Source: Octopus sinensis
Lineage: Eukaryota
Assembly (NCBI RefSeq): GCF_006345805.1
Contig: NW_021836300.1
Location: 3,718 to 67,717, forward strand
Reading direction: 5' to 3'
DNA: 64,000 nt
Shown: piece after piece, positions 25,848-39,141 of the stretch
Layout: every line of letters begins with the position of its first letter
How positions within the stretch are numbered: position 1 is the stretch's first letter
Program-made: the position numbers and the translations under genes
The notes under the pieces: generated by a model
Told to the model about the DNA's origin: nothing
Seen by the model: the letters and a program-made list of their open reading frames with translations, nothing else
Databases searched by the model: none

Positions 25848-28800
25848 AGAGTTTACGAAAAAAAACAAAAGACGAAGACAGGTGGTGTACAAAACAAACA
25901 GATGTATTAGTATAACGCTCAGGAATAGAAAAAGTCTTTTACGTTTCGAGCCTATGCTCTTCTACAGAAAGGGACACAGAAAAAACAAGGAGAGAAACAA
26001 GGAGAGAAAAAAATGTGTGTAGTGGCTAACGATCTATATGCATGTGTGTAGTAGAAATGTATACAAATATACAGTTATACATCACGGGACAGTACATTAT
26101 ATATATATATATATATATATATTCAATATATGAATGAGGTATTGAAAGTCACAAAAATGACAAAACACTGATGTATAACACTCCTGCAATAGGACTTGAT
26201 GTGAGTTATCTTGCTTAACTATGACTTCCAGGTGTTAACACCAGGTAAATTGATGGAATATATTCTCTTATGCCTATAATCGTAGCCTGCTCACGAACTG
26301 ACAAAACACATACCTTGTGTATGTACATTCGATATTGTTTATATATATGCATATCGTTTATAAATGAATTAGATTGTGTTTTGATTTCAGCATCTTTTGG
26401 ACAGAACTGCTCTTTTCAGCAGTGACAGTAGTGCTGAAGGGATGAAAATATTACAGAATAGCATGAAAGTAGAAAAAAATGACAGGATAAATAAATGTAA
26501 CAGGTAAATTATGATTGTATTTTGACATGGATGAAACATTGGCACATACAATGTAATATAAAAGGAATATATATATATCTATACAAAGTACCTTGGATTT
26601 CAGAACAACCCGCTGTGCTTGAGGAGACCTATTGAGTCAAGTACATGAACATCGAAATAAATATCAAATGGAAATGGTAGTTGTGATACCTGTGCCGGTG
26701 GCACATAAAAAGCACCATCCGAACGTGGATGATGCCAGTGCCGCCCTCGACTGGCTTCTGTGCCGGTGGCACATAAAAAGCACCATCCGAATGTGGCTGA
26801 TGCCAGCCCTGCCTCGACTGGCTTCTGTGCTGGTGGCATGTAAAAAGCATCATCCGAGCGTGACCGATGCCAGCGCCGCCTTGACTGGCTTCTGCGCTGG
26901 TGGCACGTAAAAAGCACCATCCGAGCGTGACCAATGCCAGCGCCGCCTTGACTGGCTTCTGTGCTGGTGGCACGTAAAAAGCACCATCTGAGCGTGACCA
27001 ATGCCAGCGCCGCCTTGACTGGCTTCCGTGCCGGTCGCACGTTAAAAGCACCAACCGATCGTGGCCGCTGCCAGACACCCCTGGCACCTGTGCTGGTGGC
27101 ACATAAAAAGCACCCACTACACTCACAGAGTGGTTGGCGTTAGGAAGGGCATCCAGCTGTAGAAACACTGCTAGATCAGACTGGAGCCTGGTGCAGCCTC
27201 CTGGCTTCCCAGACCCCGGTTGAACCGTCCAACCCATGCTAGCATGGAAAGCGGATGTTAAACGATGATGATGATGATGATACTAGCTTAAAAGCCACAC
27301 TATGTGCAAGCTCTTAAGCTAGTTCCTGTGGCCCCAAACTAAAGAGAGCTAAATAGCATGACTGTATGTCCCTAATGACTATAGGCCCCTGTGGTGTTGG
27401 ATCAGGGGTTAAGGACAGACAAGAATTAATTCTGTAACGTAATCATTCTATTGTTTTGTTTGTTTGTCCCTTCTCGAGCCATACCTGGCTCATGAGGGCC
27501 GGTTTCCCAGTTTCCTTGGTGTATAGGTTCCTCACCTGGACGGGACGCCGATCCGTCACAGGTGGGCTGCAAGATGCAGGAGCAAAGAGTGATAGAAAGT
27601 TGTGTGCTGGAGCCATGTGGAGATTAGATGTTTAGCTCATAAACACACACATCGCCCGGTCTGAGATTCAAACCCGCGATCCCTCGACCGCGAGTTCGCT
27701 GCTGTAACCACCAGGCCATGTGCCTCCACTAATAATTCTATTGATCCAGTCTCAAGTTGAATTCTAACTGTTGGCCACAGTTTCGAAGTAGGTGAGAAAC
27801 CATCATCATCATTATCATTTAACGTCCATTGTCCATGCTGGCATTGGTGGAATAGCTTGACCAGGGTTGATAAGCTGAGGGGCTGCACCAGACTCCAGTC
27901 TGATTTGGTATAGTTTCTACAGCTGGATGCCCTCTGAGAGTGTAATGGGTGCTTTTATGCGCTGCCATTTGCATGACACCAGTATCTGCCATGACTACGA
28001 TTCCACTCGTCTTGATGGGTCTTCTTCTGAAGCATGGCACATCGCCAAGGGACTTGGGGGAAAATTTTCGAAAAATTCTTGGTGAAAAGTTTCGAAAAAT
28101 TTTTGGTGAAAATTTTCAAAAAATTTCTGGGTAAAATTTTCGGTGATAATTCTCGAAAATTTCTTTTCCGGCTAAAATTTTCGAAAAATTGTTGGTGAAA
28201 ATTTTTGGGTAAAATTTTCGAAAAATTTTTAGGTAAAATTTTCGAAAAATTTTGGGGGAAAATTTTCGGTGATTATTTTTGAAAAATTTTGAGGGAAAAT
28301 TTTCGATAAATTTCTGGGTAAAATGCTTGAAAGGTGCTTTTTACATGCCACTGGCATGGGTGCTAGTTATGTGACACTGGCATCGGCGGCAATAATACAC
28401 CAAACTCTGACATCTCCCTGAGGTTGGAGAATTCCGTTCTTTTATCACAGATGTCTTATGGAATATAGATGTGTCAGCGCAGGAGTGACTGTGTGGTAAG
28501 TAGCTTGCTAACCAACCACATGGTTCCAGGTTCAGTCCCACTGCATGGCATCTTGGGCAAGTGTCTTCTGCTATAGCCCCGGGCCGACCAATGCCTTGTG
28601 AGTGGATTTGGTAGACGGAAACTGAAAGAAGCCTGTCGTATATATATATATATATATATATATGATTTTGTATGTGTGTCTGTGTTTGTCCCCCTAGCAT
28701 TGCTTGACAACCAATGCTGGTGTGTTTATGTCCCCGTCACTTAGCGGTTCAGCAAAAGAGACCGATAGAATAAGTACTGGGCTTACAAAGAATAAGTCCC

Positions 28801-29340
28801 GGGGTCGATTTGCTCGACTAAAGGCGGTGCTCCAGCATGGCCGCAGTCAACTGACTGAAACAAGTAAAAGAGTAAAAGAGTAGAAGAGTAAAAGAGAGTG
28901 ACTGACTGTCTTTGTCAAAAAAAAAATTTAAAGGGAGAAATTTGACAAGACAGTCAGTCACCGGCTGACACTTGCTGACGATACGTCAAAGAGGCCAGGG
29001 AACACAAGAAAGACATGCACCCAACACCAGAGCTGAAGACACCTCCGAAAGGCGGGGGTGTGTCACGTCAAAATGGTAGAGGAGTAGGGGCCAAAACCGG
29101 ACGTGGTTCCTCCTGATGATGTCTTGAGCTAACTGGATCCTATAAAGGAGCTGTTGTGGTAGCAGACCACGAAACACAGTTGTAAATACCCTGGAATATA
29201 GATGTGGTTGTAGGCGAAGAAGCTTAGGGGACAAAACTTGCTAATGATTAAACCTGGATTTCAGAACCTTTGAAAGCATCCCTGACAACGTAGAAACACC
29301 GACAAAAACAATACATACATGCACACATATATACACACAC

Positions 29341-29399
<59 letters not shown>

Positions 29400-29431
29400 A
29401 TATATATATATACATATATATACATATATAC

Positions 29432-29470
<39 letters not shown>

Positions 29471-29501
29471 TATACATATATACATATACATATATATATA
29501 C

Positions 29502-29558
<57 letters not shown>

Positions 29559-29568
29559 TATATATATA

Positions 29569-29621
<53 letters not shown>

Positions 29622-29656
29622 TATATATATATACACATATATATATATATACACAT

Positions 29657-29715
<59 letters not shown>

Positions 29716-32700
29716 TGTAAACACACATGTATTACATACTGACCTATCGGTGGCACCGAGGGAGAAGGAGTAGTGGTGAGAGGCACTTTTATGATAAAGG
29801 GAGAGCAAAATTGTTTGCATTCTTGGAGACTGTGGAAACGGTTGGTATTTCCTCCACAACCACCGTAGACAAAATCTTCACACTGCCTCGTAACCATATT
29901 GAAGTAATATTGTTTCAAGTGGGCAAGACATATCCCTGCCTCTTTTGGTTGAAAACAGATATCTGGAATGGTGGAATGGTAAAATAGAGGAATAGCAGAT
30001 TAGTGGATTGGCAGATGAATGAAATTGCAGAATGGGAGATTGGTAGAGCGTTGCTTGTAGGAATGGCAGAATGGTGGTTTAGAGGTTGGAAGGGTTGATG
30101 GAATAATGAAATGGTAAATAATGAGATGTTGGTAAGTAAGAACAGTAGAATGGTAAAGTGGTGGAATGGTAAAATAGAGGAATAGCAGATTAGTGGATTG
30201 GCATGAATGAAATTGCAGAATGGGAGATTGGTAGAGCGTTGCTTGTAGGAATGGCAGAATGGTGGTTTAGAGGTTGGAAGGTTGTGGAATAATGAAATGT
30301 AATATAATGAGATGTTGGATAGTAAGAACAGTAGAATGGTAAAGTGGTGGAATGGTAAAATAGAGGAATAGCAGATTAGTGGATTGGCAGATGAATGAAA
30401 TTGCAGAATGGGAGATTGGTAGAGCGTTGCTTGTTGGAATGGTAGAATGGTGGTTTAGAGGTTGGAAGGGTTGATGGAATAATGAAATGGTAAATAATGA
30501 GATGTTGGTAAGTAAGAACAGTAGAATGGTAAAGTGGTGGAATGGTAAAATAGAGGAATAGCAGATTAGTGGATTGGCAGATGAATGAAATTGCAGAATG
30601 GGAGATTGGTAGAGCGTTGCTTGTAGGAATGGCAGAATGGTGGTTTAGAGGTTGGAAGGGTTGATGGAATAATGAAATGGTAATTAATGAGATGTTGGTA
30701 AGTAAGAACAGTAGAATGGTAAAGTGGTGGAATGGTAAAATAGAGGAATAGCAGATTAGTGGATTGGCAGATGAATGAAATTGCAGAATGGGAGATTGGT
30801 AGAGCGTTGCTTGTTGGAATGGCAGAATGGTGGTTTAGAGGTTGGAAGGGTTGATGGAATAATGAAATGGTAATTAATGAGATGTTGGTAAGTAAGAACA
30901 GTAGAATGGTAAAGTGGTGGAATGGTAAAATAGAGGAATAGCAGATTAGTGGATTGGCAGATGAATGAATTGCAGAATGGGAGATTGGTAGAGCGTTGCT
31001 TGTTGGAATGGCAGAATGGTGGTTTAGAGGTTGGAAGGGTTGATGGAATAATGAAATGGTAATTAATGAGATGTTGGTAAGTAAGAACAGTAGAATGGTA
31101 AAGTGGTGGAATGGTAAAATAGAGGAATAGCAGATTAGTGGATTGGCAGATGAATGAAATTGCAGAATGGGAGATTGGTAGAGCGTTGCTTGTTGGAATG
31201 GCAGAATGGTGGTTTAGAGGTTGGAAGGGTTGATGGAATAATGAAATGGTAAATAATGAGATGTTGGTAAGTAAGAACAGTAGAATGGTAAAGTGGTGGA
31301 TGAACAGAATGTTGAAGTGAGGGAATGGTGGTATGGTTCCTTGGTGCATATTTTCTTCATCTTTTAACCAGGAGTGAAGGTCAGTACTCGTCTGTTTTAG
31401 AGGACCTCCAAAAATGCTAGGAAGGAAAGAAGGGACCGTAAAGGTGCCCAAGGTGCCTGGTGGTTGTATTAAACCAGTTGATTGGCAGAATGGTATAATG
31501 GTGCAGTACTAGATTAGAAAATAACAGACTGGTAGAATTAGTGAAATGGTAGAGAAGTAAAATAATGGTTGAGTGTAGAACTTATATAATTTGAATTATA
31601 CAATGTTGGAATGGTATAATGGTAGTCAGAAAGTATAATGGCAGAATACTCTGTCTGAAGAATAGTATGGCAGAATGATGAAATAATGGAAGAAGCAGAA
31701 TAGCAGAATGATAGAATGCTGAAAATAAGGGAATCATGTAATGCGTGTTTGAATGGAATGGTTAGAATTGGTAGAATAATGTTGGAATAATTGGATGGTA
31801 GAGTAGGATTGGAGGAATAACAGAATGGTAGATTTGGAGCTGAAGGAATAGCAGAATGATAAAGAATGACAGAATGCTGAAAATAGTGGAATCATGTAAT
31901 GCGTGTTTGGATGAAATGGTTAGAATTGGTAGAATAATGTTGGAATAATTGGATGGTAGTGAAGGATTGGAGGAATAACAGAATGGTAGATTTGGAGCTG
32001 AAGGAATAGCAGAATGATAAAGAATGACAGAATGCTGAAAATAGTGGAATCATGTAATGCGTGTTTGGATGAAATGGTTAGAATTGGTAGAATAATGTTG
32101 GAATAATTGGATGGTAGAGTAGGATTGGAGGAATAACAGAATGGTAGATTTGGTGCTGAAGGAATAGCAGAATGATAAAGCATGTAGATGTTAGAAATAA
32201 ACCTGCTGGTGCTGGGGAAGATAAGGACTTATATAGTTGTATTTAACAATGTTGGAATGGTATAATGGTAGTAAGAAAGTACAATGATAGAATGGTAGAA
32301 TGATGAAATAATGGAATAAGCAGAATAGTATTGGGTTGTCCGGAAAGTTTGTGCCGATTTTGAAAGGAAAGAAAAAGGTCAATAAATACTTGCCATTACA
32401 TTTTTAATCAACCAAATATGAACCATTTTCTTGCACAATGTGTCTCCATTTTTCCTTTAACTTGAAAATACCCTCTTCCCAGAATTCAGGTGGTTTCATG
32501 GCAAAGAATTCATCAAGGTATCTTTTTATGTCATCTAAGGATTTTTAAAGGAAAGAAAATGGTCAATAAATGCTTGTCCTTACACTTTTAATCAACCAAA
32601 TATGAACCATTTTCTTGCACAATGCGTCTCCATCTTTCCTTTAACTTGAAAATACCCTCTTCCCAGAATTCAGGTGGTTTCATGGCAAAGAATTCATCAA

Positions 32701-35700
32701 GGTATCTTTTTACGTCATCCAAGGAATTGAAATTTTTACCATTAAGACTATTCTGCAGAGACCTGAATAAGTGGAAATCCGAAGGAGCAATATCTGGTGA
32801 ATATGGAGGGTGGGGTAACACATCCCAGTCAGGCTGCAGCAATTTTTGTCTGGTTCCCAAAGAAATGTGAGGTCTTGCATTATCATGTTGGGAAACAACA
32901 CCCTTCCTGTTGGCCAATTCTGGATGTTTCTCTTGAATTGCTGCTTTTAACTTGTCCAGTTGTGTGCAGTATTTCTTAGAATTAATTGTTTGGTTACTTG
33001 GGAGAAGCTCATAGTACAGAATTCCTTTCCAGTCCCACCAGACACAAAGCCAGACTTTTTTAGGGTGAAGACCTGCTTTTGGGGTGGCTAAGGGTGGCTC
33101 ATGTCGCTTACTCCAGGATCACTTTCTCTGAACATTTCGGTAGATAATCCATTTCTCATCACCTGTCACAATTTGCTTTAAAAAAGGTGCGTTTTCATCC
33201 CGTTTATAAAGTGAATCACAGATGGAAATGCGATCCAAAAGGTTCTTCTCACTCAACTCATGTGGTACCCAAGCATCGTAGCAATTTGTGTACCCAAGCT
33301 TTACCAGGTGCTCATGAGCGATGGATTTTGATAGGTTGAAGCTTTCTGCCAATTCTTGGGTTGTGCAATGCGGGTTATTCTCAATTAATGACTTGATTTG
33401 GTCATCATCTGTAGTGGATGGTCTGCCTGATCACTCTTTACCAATAAGGCTACAATCTCCAGCTCGGAACCTTGTGAACCACTTCCGTACAGTTCTTTCG
33501 GATAAAGAAACATCACCGTAAACTGCGCATATTTCTTTGGTTGCTTGTGAGCCATTTTTCCCTTTACGAAAAAAGAAAAGCATCAGGTGCTGAAAATTAA
33601 CTTTCTTATCTTCCATTTTAAAGGGTTACAGAATTAACAAAGGTTACAGGAGCATAAACGTTCTTCCACGAAAAAACAGCTTAAACTGTGCTCTAAATGG
33701 AGGTGTAGTCAAATCCTATTTTATGGACTCAACCATGTTCTAAAATAAGTCGAAAGGTAAGCTACTATAAATCGGCACAAACTTTCCGGACAACCCAATA
33801 AAATGACAGAATGCTGAAAATAGTGGAATCATGTAATGGGTGTTTGGATGAACGGATTAGAATTGGTAGAATAATGTTGGAATAATTGGATGGTAGTGAA
33901 GGACTAGAGGAATAACAGAATGGTAGATTTTAGTCTGAAGGAATGGCAGAATGATAAAGCGTGTAGGTGTTAGATACTAACCTGCTGGCGCTGGGGAAGA
34001 TAGGACGGTGGTGGTAATGGTGGTGGTGGAAGAAGGTTTTACGATAAAAAGGGAACAGAATTTCTGACAGTCTTGGAGGGAGGGAAAACGGTTGGGATTT
34101 CCCCCACAACCTCCGTACACAAATTCTTCACACTTCCTTGTAACCATATTGAAGTAATATTGATCACTGTAGGCATAACATATTCCTGTCTCTTTTGGTA
34201 GAGAACAGATATCTGGAATGGTGGAATGGTAGAATAGCGGTTTAATGGATTTGTACAATGGTTGAGTAGTAGATTAGTGCAATGGTAGACTTGTGCAATG
34301 GTAGAATACTCAATTAGTGATTTGGCAGAATGGTGGAATGGCACAATTGCAAATCAGTGGATTGACAGAATGGTAGAACAAGTGAATTGGCAGAATGATG
34401 GAATGGTGCATTAGCAGATTAGTAGGTTGAGTGAATTGTGGAATAATGGATTAATGAATTGGCAGAATGATGGAATGGTAAATTAGCAGATTAGTAGGTT
34501 GAGTGAATGGTAGAATAATGGATTAATGGATTGGCAGAATGCTGGAATGATACGAATGCAGATTGGTGGAATGGTAGAATAATGGATTAATGGATTGGCA
34601 GAATGCTGGAATGATACAAATGCAGATTGGCAGAATGGTGGAGTAGTGGATTAATGGATTAGCAGAACGATGGAATGATACAAATATAGATTGGTGGAAT
34701 GGTAGAATAGTAGATTAGTGAATTGGAATAATGAAAGAATGATGGAATGGTAGAATTGTGCATTAGTGGATGAGTAGAATGGGAGAATGACAGATTAGTG
34801 GATTGAAAGAATTGTAGATTAATGGCTTTGTAAAACTTTGGATTATTTGGATTGGCAAAATCGTTGATTAATGCCATGGTTTCCTAAAAATATTTTACTG
34901 TGGAACTCTCATCTGTTTTTCAAGGGTCATGAAGCCCTTTACCTGTATTTCATAGACAGCCCTTGCCCTCATCATTTTAAAATAACCCCTTCAAAAAACC
35001 CTGCAACCCCTATCTTTATTTTACAAAAATTCAATAATTTCCCTAATTTTTATTTTGAAAAGACATTAAATAAAATAATTGTTTTTGAGAGAATTTATTC
35101 AACAATTTGTTATTTTGGAAATGGTAAATGAAATTGTTATTTTTCTAATGTGAACTTTTACTAAATTTTATTAAAAGTCATTTTATCTATTTCAAAACTG
35201 GAAATTTTTCATGAAACCCAGGGCTTCAGGAAATCCCATTTTGAGAAATACGGGTCCAGTCTCTTCTCACCTCATTACAGTTGTTCCATGGATATAGAAA
35301 CACGAAGTAGGGTCACTTATGCGTACCTTTTCCTTCTTTGGACACTAAACTCTGTTTGTGAAGACCTGTTGAGGCAAGTGAAATCGAAATCAAAATCAAA
35401 TTCGATGACTGGCATCTGAGCTAGCAGGGTGCAAAGAGCACCATATGAGTGTAATCATTGACAGAGCGGTTAACTGGCTTCCGTGCCAGTGGCACATAAA
35501 AAACACCATTCGTCACCTGCGTCGCCTTACTGGCACTCATGCAGGTGGCACGTGAAAAAGCATTTGAGCAAGGTCGTTGCCAGTGCCGGTGGACTGGCTC
35601 CTGTGCAGATGGCACATAAAAAGCACCATTTGAGTGTGGCCGTTGCTAGTACCACCTGACTGGCCCTCGTGCCAGTGGCACGTAAAAGCACCCACTACAC

Positions 35701-37807
35701 TCTTGGAGTGATTGGTGTTAGGAAGGGCATCCAGATGTAGAAACTCTGCCAGATCAGATTGGAGCCTGGCGCAGCCTTCTAGTTCGCCAGTCCTCAGCCA
35801 AATCGTCCAACCCATGCTAGCATGGAAAGCGTTAAACGATGATGATGATGAGGAGGATGACACACGGATAATGATAAATACATAAACACGGAAGAACGAT
35901 CTCAGGTCACTGAGCCTTTCAGACAAGATGACAAATTGATCCTTGTAACTTAGCAGTTACATGTGAAGGCGCGTGGCTCAGTGGTTAGAGCGTCGAGCTT
36001 ACGATCGTGAGGTTGTGAGCTCGAATCCCGGACCGGGCTGCGTGTTGTGTTCTTGAGCAAGACACTTTATTTCACGTTGCTCCAGTTCACTCAGCTGTAG
36101 AAATGAGTTGCGACATCACAGGTGCCAAGCTGTATCGGTTTTTGCCTTTCCCTTGGACAACATCGGTGACGTGGAGAGGGGAGGCCGGTATGCATGGGCG
36201 ACTGCTGGTCTTCCATGAAACAACCTTGCCCAGACTTGTGCCTCAGAGAGTAACTCTCTAGGTGCAAACCCATGGTCAGTGTCTGACCGAAGGGGGTCAC
36301 ACACAAAACTTAGCAGTTCAGCAAAAGAGTCCGTTGGGATATGTACTGAGCTTAAAAGAAAAAATAAGCCCAGGGATCGATTTGTTCAACCCAAAAACCC
36401 TTCCAGGCAGTGCTCCAGTATGGCTGCAGTCAAATGACTGAAAGAAGTAAAGTGTATAAAAAAAAGAAAAAGAAAAGATAAATCGGCGCAGGAGTGGCTG
36501 TGTGGTAAGTAGCTTGTTTACCAACCACATGGTTCCGGGTTCAGTCCCACTGCGTGACACCTTGGGCAAGTGTCTTCTACTATAGCCTCGGGCCGACCAA
36601 AGCCCTGTGAGTGGATTTGGTAGACGGAAACTGAAAGAAGCCCGTCGTATATATGTATATATATATGAGTGTATGTGTGTCTGTGTTTGTCCCCCTAGCA
36701 TTGCTTGACAACCGATGCTGGTGTGTTTACGTCCCCGTTACTTAGCGGTTCGGCAAAAGAGACCGATAGAATAAGTACTGGGCTTACAAAAGAATAAGTC
36801 CCGGGATCGAATTGCTCGATTAAAGGCGGTGCTCCAGCATGGCCGCAGTCAAATGACTGAAACAAGTAAAAGAGTAAAGAGTAAAGAGTAGGTAAAGTTA
36901 TGAGATACCTACAGGTTTTAAAGTAATCTCAATTAAAAATCTTTGTTAATTAATGTTCCTGTCACTAGTTTTACGGGATTATTTGAAACAAAGGCGGCAT
37001 ATTTCAACAGAAATATTCCAGTCAGATAATTCAGCTTCCAGATCTTTCCATCATGTTCTCATTCCTAAAGTATTTTTTGATGTTATTATTATTAATATTA
37101 TTATTATTGAGTGAGAGAGCAGTTCATGCCATCAAAGTGACACTGGGGTAAAATATACGACGCCCAGTATACCCATCATGACTACTCGTCTGATAAGGGT
37201 ACACTAGGCACATGCATCACAAACATATGTGCGCGACATGGTGATCCCATATCAAGATAAACAGCACATGACCTTGCAGGTGGGGCCCAGTTAGAATTTT
37301 CTTCAGGTTGAGTATATTATTATTATTATTATGGCAATGGAAATTGTAGCTGTGAAAGCAGTGCCGGTGACATGTAAGAGAACCATCCGAACGTGGCCGT
37401 TGCCAGTGCCGCCCCGACTGGCCTCCGTGCTGGTGGCATGTAAAAAGCACCATCCGATCGTGGCTGTCTGCCAGCCTCGTCTGGTACCTGTGCAGGTGGC
37501 ACGTAAAAAGCACCCACTACACTCACGGAGTGGTTGGCGTTAGGAAGGGCATCCAGCTTTAGAAACACTGCCAGATCAGACTGGACCTGGCGCAGCCTTC
37601 TGGCTTCTCAGACCCCAGTTGAACCGTCCAACCCATGCTAGCATGGAAAACGGACGTTAAATGATGATGATGATGATTACTGATTATTATTCAGGTCACT
37701 GCCTGGAATCGAACTCAGAATCTTGGGGTTAAGAGTGTGGGCTGGGCATATGGCATAGTGGTTAAGAGCACTAACTCCAAGATTCTGAGTTTGATGAAAG
37801 GCAGTGA

Positions 37808-37857
<50 letters not shown>

Positions 37858-39106
37858 TAATAATAATAATAATAAACTGATTGGAAGTGTTATCATGTAC
37901 ATTGTTTTGTTTTGGTATAAAAGATGGGCTACAGCAAATATTCTGCTCAATACCACAGATTTGCTAATGCCCTGATGCAGTTCCAGGCAGTGGCTCTCAT
38001 GGCTTCTGATCTTAACTGAATGGAAGTGTTATCATGTACATTGTTTTGTCTTGGTATAAAAGATGGGCTACAGCAAATATTCTGCTCAATACCACAGATT
38101 TGCTTGTCAGTTGTTTGACCTTAACCAGTTGAGCATGTCCCTTAGTGGCTGACGATATGTGCATCTCTGATCACGAGCAGATGTAGTGGGGGAGCATCAT
38201 AGCCATGTGTTGAGAGGGATTCTTTGGGGTTTGAATGATTCACCTCTGGAAACATGGGTGGTTCTTTCAACATCCTTAAACAACCCTTATTCAGGGACTT
38301 TTTGAGCGGGATGGGCTACTCGACCTGAAGAAAATTCTAACTGGGCCCCACCTGCAAGGTCATGCGCTGTTTACCTTGATATGAGACCACCATGTCGCAC
38401 ACATATGGTTGTGATGCATGTGCCAGGTGTACCCTTATCAGACGGGTAGTCATGATGGGTGTATTGGGCTTCGTATATTTTATCCCAGTGCCACTTTGAT
38501 GGCATGAACTGCTCTCTCACTCAATAATAATAATAATAATAACATCGAAAAATACCTTAGGAATGAGTACCTAGGCTCGAAATTTCCCCAAGATACCTGA
38601 TGAAGGCTGGAGGGTATATCAGCTAAAACGTTGTGTTAACAACAAACAAGATGAGGACAAATATCCGTCGAATGTAAATAATGTAAATAATGTAAATAAT
38701 GTAAATAATGTACATAATTCCTCATCCCTTAAATATAGAACAGAAACATCCCAGGCATATGATTCAGCTTCCAGATCTTTGCATCATGTTTGTCTTAACA
38801 CTTTTGATCCCAACCCAACCAAGACCAACCTGGTTCTATGGTACAAACTTCGTATTCTAAAGTGGTTTAAATTAAAATCTTCCATCAAAATTTCATATTA
38901 AGTTATGCTCGACTCACCACCTTCATAACGACAAAATTATTTTACTAAATCTTTTAATATTTTCAAAATTTATTGAAACAACCACATGGCTCCGGGTTCA
39001 GTCCCACTGCGTGGCATCTTGGGCAAGTGTCTTCTGCTGTAGCCCTGGACTGACCAATGCCTTGTGAGTGGATTTGGTAGACGTAAACTGAAAGAAGCCC
39101 GTCGTA

Positions 39107-39141
<35 letters not shown>

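Noticed and set aside
28986-29234. 82-aa minus-strand ORF near a TATAAA motif
   Set aside because: No recognisable domain, splice context or terminal repeats.
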